Shown here piece by piece: positions 1 through 7,840 of a DNA stretch of 53,599 bases. A program made the translations under genes and the position numbers. The DNA comes from a virus, in the IMG/VR virus record IMGVR_UViG_3300045988_107797, positions 1 to 53,599 of that record. One strand, written 5' to 3'. The notes below the pieces were generated by a model. It was not told the DNA's origin. It worked only from the letters and a program-made list of their open reading frames with translations, and ran no database searches. Every line of letters begins with the position of its first letter. Within the stretch, counting starts at the first letter, position 1.

Positions 1-635
1 AACGCAGCTAATTGTTCAGGTGTGAAATCCGAATATACAAAAGGATCGCCCTTTGCGCCTTTTAGCTGTCCATTATTAGTCCATTTATTTCCATCCCAAC
101 CATAGTAATCATAGGTAGCATCCGCGCCCACTCCATATAATGAGCCGACTTCTACACCACTGGTCGGTAATTCTGAAACATTGCTAACATATCCGACGAT
201 CTTTACTACTGTATTTGATGCGATTGCCTTGTTAACAAGATTTGTAAGTGCTGTGAAATAATCTGATTGTTCTATTACTTGATCAGAAACACTTGCTGCT
301 TCCACATCAATGATAAAACCGAAAGTCGTAAGTTTCTCAGCATTCACATTATAGAGATTAACCTCGGCTTTAACTCGACCAGCCACGGAAAGAGCAGCTT
401 CAATAAGTTGCACCTCGATAATGTTATTTACAATGAGTGCATCATAAAAGAAAGAATGCCCGTTAGGACACAAACCTCTAAAAATTGCCGAGGTTCCATC
501 GGGAATTGTAAACGGAAGACCATTATCGGTTAGAGTTATATTAATATAACGAGCATTATCAAGCTGTTTCGCTCTCACAACTACCGGAAAATCTGGTTTT
601 GCAACATCAATAGTAATACTGTTTGTTACTTTCAT
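1..635 (-). CDS. Tail fibre / receptor-binding protein, N-terminal part (BppU_N-like domain, then the first collagen-like repeat). It continues across the circular junction into 52289..53599.
   Basis: Absent from the ORF track because it has no stop inside the window. ATG at 635 with a GGAGAA SD upstream. My own translation, MKVTNSITIDVAKPDFPVVVRAKQLDNARYINITLTDNGLPFTIPDG..., resembles the N-terminal domain of the lactococcal baseplate protein BppU. It reads through to nt 1 as ...GQLKGAKGDPFVYSDFTPEQLAA. Confidence 0.7.
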   Translation of the reverse strand, partial: MKVTNSITIDVAKPDFPVVVRAKQLDNARYINITLTDNGLPFTIPDGTSAIFRGLCPNGHSFFYDALIVNNIIEVQLIEAALSVAGRVKAEVNLYNVNAEKLTTFGFIIDVEAASVSDQVIEQSDYFTALTNLVNKAIASNTVVKIVGYVSNVSELPTSGVEVGSLYGVGADATYDYYGWDGNKWTNNGQLKGAKGDPFVYSDFTPEQLAA

Positions 636-699
636 ATCAGTTCTCCTACAATTTCTTTAGTTTTTTAATCAATTTAATAAACGTTTTATGTAACTTGGA

Positions 700-785
700 A
701 TAAGATTTAGGCGAGTTTGCACATCGTTTTAGCAAAAGGAGTAAAAACTAAAATAAGCAGATTTGCAAACTCGCCTAAATCTTAT
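700..785. repeat. Perfect 22-bp inverted repeat (700-721 / 764-785) with a 42-nt spacer
   Basis: ATAAGATTTAGGCGAGTTTGCA ... TGCAAACTCGCCTAAATCTTAT, read directly. It lies in the 274-nt gap between the stop of 910..1167 and the tail-fibre start at 635. Confidence 0.9.
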
Positions 786-813
786 AACCATTCTCCTAAA
801 TATCTAAAAAATT

Positions 814-880
814 CACCCCCCGGAGAATTTTTTAGGAGTGCCGCGATAACGAGGGGGGTGTAGTTTTTGCGACCCCCCTC
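814..880. promoter_or_regulatory. Mutually exclusive G6/C6 hairpins (attenuator-like, ncRNA-like or packaging-site-like element)
   Basis: CACCCCCC (814-821) and ACCCCCCTC (872-880) can each pair with the single G tract GAGGGGGGTG (851-860). A/T runs flank both alternatives. These are the only such G/C tracts in the AT-rich part of the genome. Confidence 0.5.
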
Positions 881-900
881 CCACCGTCTCCAGAGGAATT

Positions 901-918
901 GCAGGTTGTCTAACCTGC
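901..918 (+). terminator. Hairpin followed by a plus-strand U-run; it would stop plus-strand (antisense) transcription
   Basis: GCAGGTT-GTCT-AACCTGC, followed on the plus strand by TTTCTTTGTTTGTTT. It overlaps the stop codon of 910..1167. Confidence 0.4.
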
Positions 919-1167
919 TTTCTTTGTTTGTTTAACTTTTTTGTAAATGTTCATGAAATCATATTTTATGATTTCGTCAATTGCTTTTTCAATTTCTTCG
1001 TTTATTTCTTGCTCTGAAAGTTCATCAGAAATTTTTGCAATTCGAGCCAAATAAGCACAAGAATTGTAACCTTTTTGAACATCGAAAAGAAACCAAGAAG
1101 TGAAGTCATCGAAAGGATCATAAGGGTTGTCAAAAGTTGTTAGTGCAACATTATTCATATGCTTCAC
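910..1167 (-). CDS. Hypothetical acidic protein (85 aa)
   Basis: ORF track. Its start overlaps the stop of 1164..3878 (translational coupling). No recognisable domain. Confidence 0.6.
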   Translation of the reverse strand: MKHMNNVALTTFDNPYDPFDDFTSWFLFDVQKGYNSCAYLARIAKISDELSEQEINEEIEKAIDEIIKYDFMNIYKKVKQTKKAG

Positions 1168-3878
1168 TCCTTTCCTTTAACATAGTTACCGACTATTGTT
1201 GCTGAAACACCTAAAGCTTCTGCAATTTCTGCATTATTGTACCCAGAAGCGAGCATAGCTTTAATCTTTGCGACCTGGTTAGGTGACAATCCTTTAGAAT
1301 TACGAGGTGTTGCACGTTGTCTTAATTGATCGATGTCGGTGTATTTAAGAATCTGGCTGAGGATGTTATCCGAAATAGCTCCGGCTTGTATGGCTTCCCA
1401 TTGTCTATCTGAAATAGTTATAGGAGTTCTCTGTGCACCGACTTTAATACGAGCTGATGTTAAAGCTTGCTGGCTTGCTTTTTTAATTTCTGCCTTAGTC
1501 ATATCGGGGTTCTGCCGTTTTTTTGCATTAACCGCTGTGTTGGCGATAATCTGAGCCTGACGTTCACGTGGGGCGTTCTTAAGGGCTATGTTGAGGGATG
1601 ATACCAGGGAGTCTACCTCCCCTTTATAGGTTTCCTTAGCCGAAGGAGATACTTTTATACGTCCAGTATTCATCATCTCTTTACGGGCCTCATTGGCTAG
1701 CATCTTCATGTTGTTTGCATAAGTAGCATATGCCTCTTCTTCCGGAGTGCCAGATGAAAGTTCTCTAGCATCCTTGGCTTCTGCCATTCTCGTACTAGTT
1801 TGGGTTCTAATTCGAGTCTTTCCTTTAGAATCAACATAAGTTTCATTTGCTTCCTTGTAATGTTGTTCGCCAGTTTCCTTATCGATTATCGGACTTCCTT
1901 TTCTTTTTGGCACCTGCACTTGAGATTTGGCTCGTGAAATTAATGTCGCGGCTCCCTCATGGTATCTACCAGTTTCGGGGTCAATAGTACCCTGATAATA
2001 TTTGTGTAAAGCTGCAATACCATTATCTTTTTCACTCTGTTTGTAATCCAGTTCATGCTTAGTGGCATCTATAATTACCATACTATGCCGAACAGCTCTT
2101 TCAATCTCATTTCGAGGAGCACCCATTAAAGTCATATCCGTAATTAGATTTGAAATGACTCCCATTTCAATCTGTTTCTGGTTTTCGCTAAGAACGCGCA
2201 TACCTTCACGTTTAGGGTATTCCATTTTTGGATCGAAATTTTTAAGTCCTTCCAAATATGGAGTGGATTTGATCTTAGTCTTACCTCCAGTTGGTATAAC
2301 CATTACGGTATCACCATCAAAGTCTGCGCCAGATAACCGCGCAGCAACATTACTATTAATACCAACGGCGTCTACTGCATTACCAAGAATACGTTTAGCT
2401 TCCGGTTGTTTATTGTTTACGGTTAGGATAGGTATCTCAAAAGTTCCACCATGAGGATAGCGAATTAATGCGATTGTCTCACCATTCTTATAATTCGGAG
2501 CATAAACCTCATCATCCTTCATTGAAGTAATCGGAAGAATGACTTGGTATTTTTGACGAGGCAAAGCGGCCGCTTTCAGATGTACAGCTGCAGCATCGCA
2601 ATCATCGGCGAAAGACTTCAAAAGAGCCCGCTTCACGGTAGGATTTGTAAGTTCTGAAATTTGTTCAAATTCAAGACGCTTGTCAGCGGTTGCCAAATTA
2701 AGCTGCTTATTAATCAAAGACAGATTTTGTTTCGATAAAAACTGAGACGATAGATGATCGCTCCATTCACCCCAGTCACCTTCTTCTGCACGTTTATTAA
2801 TTAGTGACAACGATTGTCTTTTTCCGCTTACCTCATCCACAAATTTACCATTAGGGTCATCATAAAAGCTTTGCCCTCCATGTTCTTTTATCAAAGATCC
2901 AAATGGATTTTCGGGATCATCCTTAATTTTCTTAAGGACTTCCATTTTAGGGGTGGTTTTGCTTTTATTAGTATTGAATAGAACATCTACTCCATCTGGT
3001 AAATCATCTGAATAGACGGCCATGCCCTTAAGATAACGATTATTATCTACTAATATTCGAACCTGAGCATAATGAGCCTCTCCTAATGATAAATCGTCAA
3101 CTCCACGACGAATTTCAATAACTCCATCTTTCTCTTTTCCTCCGTCTTCCGCATATCGAATAGCTAATCGACTCGAATCCATGCTTGCTGGATAGTAAAA
3201 AGACTTCTTAAAAGTTTCTCCGCCATCATAAGTCACATAATCTCTAAGAGAATGAATGTTCTCAAAATTATATATGTCGCTATATTTAGTCCCGGGAGGA
3301 CAGAGTACTTTAATATTAGTCTGTTTTCCTTTATTCGTTACTTGAGGAACACCGACACCGTATATCTCATAACCTTCACGCTCCAAAATATAGAGCGCCT
3401 CTTCAAACTTCTCGCGGGAAATATCTCCAAGCTCTTTCTCAACGCCGGCTCCAACATCGATCATACCTTTTTCATCTACTTTACTCTTAAGAAATTCCGC
3501 AGTTCTACGAGCAGCGTTCATTCTTGCTTCTGAGTGCTCATTGAGTAATGAACGAACGGATGAGTCATTGTTATAGCCCATGATCTCTGCAATTTCATTC
3601 AGACTCTTTCCATCTTCTCGTAAAGATTTGGCACGATCTACCTCCAAACGACGACGTTCTTCTTTAGCTAAAGACTTCTGAACGCGAAACTCAGTTGTTG
3701 TAAGGCCTATTGCTCTTGCAATTTCGGTATCGTTCATACCTTGACTCTTTAATTCATCGACACGACTAAGAAAATCACCGCTATGCTGATACGGGTTTTC
3801 TCCTGAACCCCAGGGATAGCGTCCAGAACGGCGCTTAATTCCATAATGCATCAAAATATCTTCTGTTACGCTGTTCAT
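1164..3878 (-). CDS. Single-polypeptide two-barrel (YonO-like) DNA-dependent RNA polymerase candidate with N- and C-terminal HTH modules
   Basis: 904 aa. A beta-prime-like barrel reads IALIRYPHGGTFEIPILTV...AVGINSNVAARLSGADFDGDTVMVIP (DFDGD = aa 519-523, nt 2310-2324). A beta-like barrel reads RYLKGMAVYSDDLPDGVDVLFNTN (about nt 2964-3035). HTH-like segments are MNDTEIARAIGLTTTEF, SLNEIAEIMGYNNDSSVRSLL and the C-terminal SGYNNAEIAEALGVSATIVGNYV. Confidence 0.7.
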   Translation of the reverse strand: MNSVTEDILMHYGIKRRSGRYPWGSGENPYQHSGDFLSRVDELKSQGMNDTEIARAIGLTTTEFRVQKSLAKEERRRLEVDRAKSLREDGKSLNEIAEIMGYNNDSSVRSLLNEHSEARMNAARRTAEFLKSKVDEKGMIDVGAGVEKELGDISREKFEEALYILEREGYEIYGVGVPQVTNKGKQTNIKVLCPPGTKYSDIYNFENIHSLRDYVTYDGGETFKKSFYYPASMDSSRLAIRYAEDGGKEKDGVIEIRRGVDDLSLGEAHYAQVRILVDNNRYLKGMAVYSDDLPDGVDVLFNTNKSKTTPKMEVLKKIKDDPENPFGSLIKEHGGQSFYDDPNGKFVDEVSGKRQSLSLINKRAEEGDWGEWSDHLSSQFLSKQNLSLINKQLNLATADKRLEFEQISELTNPTVKRALLKSFADDCDAAAVHLKAAALPRQKYQVILPITSMKDDEVYAPNYKNGETIALIRYPHGGTFEIPILTVNNKQPEAKRILGNAVDAVGINSNVAARLSGADFDGDTVMVIPTGGKTKIKSTPYLEGLKNFDPKMEYPKREGMRVLSENQKQIEMGVISNLITDMTLMGAPRNEIERAVRHSMVIIDATKHELDYKQSEKDNGIAALHKYYQGTIDPETGRYHEGAATLISRAKSQVQVPKRKGSPIIDKETGEQHYKEANETYVDSKGKTRIRTQTSTRMAEAKDARELSSGTPEEEAYATYANNMKMLANEARKEMMNTGRIKVSPSAKETYKGEVDSLVSSLNIALKNAPRERQAQIIANTAVNAKKRQNPDMTKAEIKKASQQALTSARIKVGAQRTPITISDRQWEAIQAGAISDNILSQILKYTDIDQLRQRATPRNSKGLSPNQVAKIKAMLASGYNNAEIAEALGVSATIVGNYVKGKE

Positions 3879-3880
3879 TG

Positions 3881-4438
3881 TTAGCTCTCCTGTTCTTTGA
3901 TCTTATTGATGATTTTATCGAAAACTATAATTTTATCCATAATGGGAAGGATGATGTCCGCCCCAGGATTATCTATCAAAACATCATCAAACTGATACAA
4001 GCGTGTTTCTGTATAGATGTCGCCAGGTTTGATTTTATACTCCAAACAGAAAAGAGCGGCGTAAATATAAAGCTGCTCCATATGAGCAGGAACAAGTCCG
4101 CTTTTATAATCGTGAATTCTAAGAACATTCTTCCGAAAGGAAATGGTATCAGCTGTACCAAAGCAATTTTCTGAATAATATAAAATTTGCTCCGGTTCCA
4201 TTCGATAGCCTATCCCATCATTTACATACATGTTTAGAGTCTTCTTAGATTTAGGGAGTTTTTGTCCGAGCCTTATACATTGGGCTGCAAACTCATGCAA
4301 TTCAGTTCCGCGTTGCGCAGCTAAGAAATTACTATAAGAGGTTGCAATTTTATCCGATGAATAATTAATCCAGTGATATTTACTCGCACCTAGAAAAGCG
4401 TGTTGGCCTACCAGATTCAAATGCTTGTTGAAGTTCAT
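3881..4438 (-). CDS. PD-(D/E)xK family nuclease (RecB/Cas4-like fold, DUF2800-like)
   Basis: 185 aa. GTADTISF...LRIHDYKSG gives a D...D-x-K core. GAGGTG SD. Sits in a replication-module context. Confidence 0.5.
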   Translation of the reverse strand: MNFNKHLNLVGQHAFLGASKYHWINYSSDKIATSYSNFLAAQRGTELHEFAAQCIRLGQKLPKSKKTLNMYVNDGIGYRMEPEQILYYSENCFGTADTISFRKNVLRIHDYKSGLVPAHMEQLYIYAALFCLEYKIKPGDIYTETRLYQFDDVLIDNPGADIILPIMDKIIVFDKIINKIKEQES

Positions 4439-4709
4439 TTAACACCTCTTCTTTGTTTTCTGGATATATAAATCTGGAAAAAGACATTCCATCCATCTTA
4501 TCAACATAATAATCTTGATTAGGTTGGTGTGTAGCATCTTTACAACGTTTACATTCTAGCGATGCCCAGCGATCTTTATAAAGAATTAATAGATCTGGGA
4601 TACCTTGCTTTTGATCCATTTTAAAAACCATAGCATCTGGGTATAACTTTTCAATATCTTTTTTCAGACGATCTTGAAAACCACTCTCCAAATCTCTTTT
4701 CCTCGGCAT
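4380..4709 (-). CDS. VRR-NUC domain nuclease
   Basis: IPDLLILYKDRWASLECKR is a PD...ExK core typical of VRR-NUC. I moved the start to the ATG at 4709, which has a GGAGGT SD; the longer track ORF begins in a hydrophobic, low-complexity stretch. Confidence 0.55.
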   Translation of the reverse strand: MPRKRDLESGFQDRLKKDIEKLYPDAMVFKMDQKQGIPDLLILYKDRWASLECKRCKDATHQPNQDYYVDKMDGMSFSRFIYPENKEEVLNELQQAFESGRPTRFSRCE

Positions 4710-4777
4710 ATATTTACCTCCAAAAAAGACAAAAAATAAAGAGAGAAGTAAATGAATTTTACCCATTTTATTCTTCT

Positions 4778-4810
4778 CTCTCTATAAAAGAGCATGTTTT
4801 TTTCGCGAAG
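4778..4810 (-). promoter_or_regulatory. Copy of the conserved promoter-like block (TCGCG-N14-TTTTAT)
   Basis: Coding strand reads TCGCGAAAAAAACATGCTCTTTTATAGAGAG, with exactly 14 nt between CGCG and the hexamer. Upstream of the VRR-NUC gene. Confidence 0.5.
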
Positions 4811-5000
4811 CTAAAAATATATGTTGCAAGTCCTCGTAGTCAAATAGTTGTAAAAATGCTAAGATTACCATTTTCATAATTGAAGCGAAATCCACGTACA
4901 TAATCCTCGTCAAAGTGTTCTATTCATTAATACTCATTTCGTTCTGTTTATACGATCATATTGCATCTTCTTTCTTTAAAAAGCTTAATTTTTATGCTTC

Positions 5001-5283
5001 TGCCCATTTGCCCACTTTTTTTGGCTTATTATTATAAATATATATATTTTTTCTTCGCAATTAATAAGAGAAAAAAGTGGGTTTTTGGCCACAACACCCA
5101 AAAAACCCAGTAAATTAGGCAAAAATTGCTGGCCATTTTTAATTTTAAAAGTGGGCAATTGGCCAAAAAAAGTGGGCAAAAATCGTTTTTTCGCCACAAA
5201 TTGCTCTTAAAAATTCTTTCAAAAATGGCCACAAAGCCCACTTTTTGACTAAATTGCCCATTTTTTAAAACCGAAAATGGGCA
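5001..5283. repeat. Iteron array plus AT-rich tract: putative origin of replication
   Basis: AAAAGTGGGCA or AAAATGGGCA and their complements occur at 5001-5009, 5009-5019, 5073-5082, 5147-5157, 5168-5178, 5236-5245, 5255-5264 and 5274-5283. There are four TGGCCA palindromes (5087, 5130, 5160, 5226). An AT-only tract spans 5021-5070. Confidence 0.55.
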
Positions 5284-5293
5284 TAAAAATATC

Positions 5294-5413
5294 CTAACTA
5301 TTGTTTCTGAGGTATCTAATTAATATCCAAATCAGCCACAAACCGCCAGTTAGTATGACCAAAATAAAATCCAAAAGTGTCATTAAACAGCCCTGCTTAT
5401 TACCTTTTGACAT
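5294..5413 (-). CDS. Small membrane protein (39 aa)
   Basis: Start moved to the ATG at 5413, which has a GGAGGA SD. Sequence MSKGNKQGCLMTLLDFILVILTGGLWLIWILIRYLRNNS has one TM helix. Confidence 0.5.
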   Translation of the reverse strand: MSKGNKQGCLMTLLDFILVILTGGLWLIWILIRYLRNNS

Positions 5414-5424
5414 AAAATCCTCCG

Positions 5425-5643
5425 TCAGCTCCAAATTTTTCCGGTCTTCAAATCTTCTAAAACTATTCTTCCGCAAACTCTAAAACCCGCAATTTCGCAT
5501 AGGCAAAAAATCGCTCGTAAAGTCTTTCGAAAATGAATTGTTTCTTTTGATACTCTGTTTCTATCGAGATTTTTTATTGCTGTGTATGGCACAATATCAA
5601 CATACCCTTCTGTATTCTTTGAGGAAATAGAATCGTGTCGCAT
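5425..5643 (-). CDS. Hypothetical protein (72 aa)
   Basis: ORF track, with a GAAAGGGG SD. Confidence 0.55.
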   Translation of the reverse strand: MRHDSISSKNTEGYVDIVPYTAIKNLDRNRVSKETIHFRKTLRAIFCLCEIAGFRVCGRIVLEDLKTGKIWS

Positions 5644-5654
5644 TATAATCCCCT

Positions 5655-5689
5655 TTCAAAAATAAAAGGCCCACGACAAAAACGCGTAA
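5655..5689 (-). promoter_or_regulatory. Possible off-by-one variant of the promoter-like block
   Basis: ACGCG-N15-TTTTAT (hexamer 5662-5667, CGCG 5683-5686), upstream of 5425..5643. The spacing differs by 1 nt from the nine canonical copies. Confidence 0.3.
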
Positions 5690-5709
5690 GCCTTTAAACA
5701 ATAGATCAT

Positions 5710-5880
5710 TCAATTCTTGTTTTCAATAGACCTTTTAAGAAGAATATAAATTGCCTTACAAAACCACCAGAGAAGACGGGAAAGCTCACGTAAGGACAAA
5801 TCGCCTTTCTCTAAACGAATCATTCCAGTCTCCATAACGTCCATACATTCGACTATCTGAGTCCGGTTATCAGGTCCCAT
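5710..5880 (-). CDS. Hypothetical protein (56 aa, below the ORF-track cutoff)
   Basis: My own translation is MGPDNRTQIVECMDVMETGMIRLEKGDLSLRELSRLLWWFCKAIYILLKRSIENKN. Its ATG overlaps the MazG stop (TGATG), and it fills an otherwise empty gap. Confidence 0.45.
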   Translation of the reverse strand: MGPDNRTQIVECMDVMETGMIRLEKGDLSLRELSRLLWWFCKAIYILLKRSIENKN

Positions 5881-6215
5881 CAAATATCATCCTTTTCTCT
5901 GTTAATACTACGTTCGGACACAAAACCATTAGGATACCTTGCCTGAACTTTCTCAATATTCATACGAAGTATTGTTTCTAGGTCATACCCAATAGCATAA
6001 GCAGTTAGAGCAAGATACCAAGCAACGTCTCCAAGCTCCCGTGCGATATGTTCGCAATCGAGATTATGGTTCTGAAAGAGATGTTTTTTCAAAATATCAA
6101 TGCATTCTCCAGCTTCACCATTTAACCCCATTATTCCATCTTGCAAAGTAGCTTTGGGGCTAAGCTCAACATTTCGAGTTTTCACAGCAAGTTTCTGGTA
6201 TTCGTTTATAGTCAT
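5880..6215 (-). CDS. mazG: MazG-like nucleoside triphosphate pyrophosphohydrolase
   Basis: INEYQKLA...GLNGEAGECIDILKKHLF...ELGDVAWYLA is the typical EEXXE/D MazG layout. Confidence 0.8.
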   Translation of the reverse strand: MTINEYQKLAVKTRNVELSPKATLQDGIMGLNGEAGECIDILKKHLFQNHNLDCEHIARELGDVAWYLALTAYAIGYDLETILRMNIEKVQARYPNGFVSERSINREKDDI

Positions 6216-6442
6216 ATGTTCAATTCCTCAACTTTTTTATATAATCTGCAATCACAAACAGAACCGATAGGAGATTTCTTCATATATTCGCACGGACATT
6301 TGGTACTTTCATCTCGTACTATAGCACACGGACAATATTCCATATTTCCGATTGCATTCTCGCTAAGGAATTCATACAACGTAATATGATTATCTGTGCC
6401 ATCATAAGGCATAACATGATCGTCTATAGTTATCGTTTTCAC
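6212..6442 (-). CDS. Cys-rich small protein (76 aa)
   Basis: Contains CPCAIV...CPCEY...CDC. Its start is coupled to neighbouring genes. Confidence 0.55.
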   Translation of the reverse strand: MKTITIDDHVMPYDGTDNHITLYEFLSENAIGNMEYCPCAIVRDESTKCPCEYMKKSPIGSVCDCRLYKKVEELNI

Positions 6443-6464
6443 TTATATCTATTTGTTCTCCTTT

Positions 6465-6881
6465 CTATAAGCCCTTATATGGGCAGTCTTCACGGCTCAA
6501 ACCATCTATGTATAGTTCTTTAAGCTTCTTACGCTTAGCGCAACCCTTTACTTCTGCCGGGCTCTTGATACAATATGCGCACTCGCCAAGAGGATCTTTA
6601 AGAAAGAACTCCAGGTCGTCCAGAGACATGGCTATCCAGTTCTCTGTACGCTTGGATGCGGATCTTGGAGCAATTGAAATATCAAGCATTTCTGTCTCCT
6701 TTTTAATCCTGGTGAGCTCCTGCACAGTAAGTCCTTCAAGCAGTACATCCATAGACTCATCGAGAGCTTTCTCTGCTATAGCGAATTTCTCCTGGCAACC
6801 ATCGTATCTCAGATTATGTATTAGCCCCATCATGCCCATTACGTAGAGTATAGTCTCATGCCTTTTACCGTCCACACTCAT
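6465..6881 (-). CDS. Hypothetical protein (138 aa)
   Basis: ORF track; the stop overlaps the next start. Confidence 0.6.
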   Translation of the reverse strand: MSVDGKRHETILYVMGMMGLIHNLRYDGCQEKFAIAEKALDESMDVLLEGLTVQELTRIKKETEMLDISIAPRSASKRTENWIAMSLDDLEFFLKDPLGECAYCIKSPAEVKGCAKRKKLKELYIDGLSREDCPYKGL

Positions 6882-7144
6882 TTTTGTTTCTCCTTTAAAT
6901 ACTTCTTGTATTTTCGACTGTATTTTCTCAGAATAAGATCAAGCATTATACAGTTCGTCTGCTCAACACATTCAGGCATGGTGGTAAGATACGGGTAGTG
7001 CTCTTTATCGTCGACTAGAGTTTTGAATATCAAGTTGAGAGCATATTGAGCAGAAATAGGAGGATCACCAAACAGATTGTCTTTGTACCATTCTTCTATC
7101 TTTTGCGTATATCCTTCGAAAGATACGTCGTCATCCCAAATCAT
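6878..7144 (-). CDS. Hypothetical protein (88 aa)
   Basis: ORF track; ATGA overlap with 7141..7308. Confidence 0.6.
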   Translation of the reverse strand: MIWDDDVSFEGYTQKIEEWYKDNLFGDPPISAQYALNLIFKTLVDDKEHYPYLTTMPECVEQTNCIMLDLILRKYSRKYKKYLKEKQK

Positions 7145-7308
7145 TCATTTGTCTCCTTAGTAAATCTAACAGGCAGTGAGTTAAGGATGCCATAATATTC
7201 CTGCAGTAGATCAGCAAGAAGAGACGCATCCGGCATTTTTCCAGATCGTAAATTACTAATGCATTGGTCTATATGCTCCAATTTAAGGCATAGCTGTTCA
7301 ACGTTCAT
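7141..7308 (-). CDS. Hypothetical protein (55 aa, below the ORF-track cutoff)
   Basis: My own translation is MNVEQLCLKLEHIDQCISNLRSGKMPDASLLADLLQEYYGILNSLPVRFTKETNE. GGAGGAG SD; ATGA coupling to the next gene. Confidence 0.5.
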   Translation of the reverse strand: MNVEQLCLKLEHIDQCISNLRSGKMPDASLLADLLQEYYGILNSLPVRFTKETNE

Positions 7309-7816
7309 CTATATCTTTCTCCTCCAGTTTATCTTTCATCTTACCGAGAATATACTCCACTGATCTTCGAGTATTAGCACTAAGTTTCATATAATCCTTG
7401 CGATCTTCGTACCAGCCGAATATCTCGTTCAAATCGCCCTTCTTCCAACTGAAAGCCCACCAGTCGCATATCATCTCAACAACATAAATATAAGGCATGT
7501 CTATAATGACCATACCTTCTTTAGGCTCGTCGTTGATTAATATCCAATGCTGCCAATGATGAGGGTTGTTATGTATGTGTCTAAGCCAAGCCTTTTTAAA
7601 GTTTTGAACTATCTCATAAGATCGATTGTTTCCGTAGAAATATGCATCATACGCATCATATTCTTCAGGGTCGGTCTTTGAAGCATCATGGTTAAAACAA
7701 ATCTGCCATTCGAAACCATCCTCGATTACTTCAGGAATGTTTTCTTGAAGCCATCTAAAACCTTTAGCTACGTTTTCCTTATGCTCTGTCAAATAGTTAT
7801 CGTACTGTACACTCAT
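7298..7816 (-). CDS. His-rich metal-binding-type protein (DUF5662-like, from memory)
   Basis: Contains HDASK...HIHNNPHHWQHW...EMICDWW. Confidence 0.4.
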   Translation of the reverse strand: MSVQYDNYLTEHKENVAKGFRWLQENIPEVIEDGFEWQICFNHDASKTDPEEYDAYDAYFYGNNRSYEIVQNFKKAWLRHIHNNPHHWQHWILINDEPKEGMVIIDMPYIYVVEMICDWWAFSWKKGDLNEIFGWYEDRKDYMKLSANTRRSVEYILGKMKDKLEEKDIDER

Positions 7817-7840
7817 TATCTTCTCCTTGAATATTAATTA

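Noticed and set aside
267-533. An 88-aa plus-strand ORF at the window start
   Set aside because: It lies antisense to the BppU_N-like tail-fibre ORF, which has a proper SD and ATG and a recognisable domain.
736-798. A 20-codon minus-strand ORF (MVIRFRRVCKSAYFSFYSFC) inside the 22-bp inverted repeat region
   Set aside because: The AGGAGA abuts the ATG with no spacer, and the ORF is simply the translation of the hairpin arms.
4782-4901. A 39-codon minus-strand ORF (MYVDFASIMKMVILAFLQLF...) upstream of the VRR-NUC gene
   Set aside because: The SD is poorly spaced, and the ORF runs through the promoter-like block at 4778-4810. I cannot support it as coding.
4985-5241. Two overlapping minus-strand ORFs (70 and 69 aa) in the 4767-5293 gap
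   Set aside because: They are translations of the iteron and A/T-run repeats (KKWANGQ, FFGQLPTFKIKNGQQF...). They have no SD, and the region is better explained as an origin.
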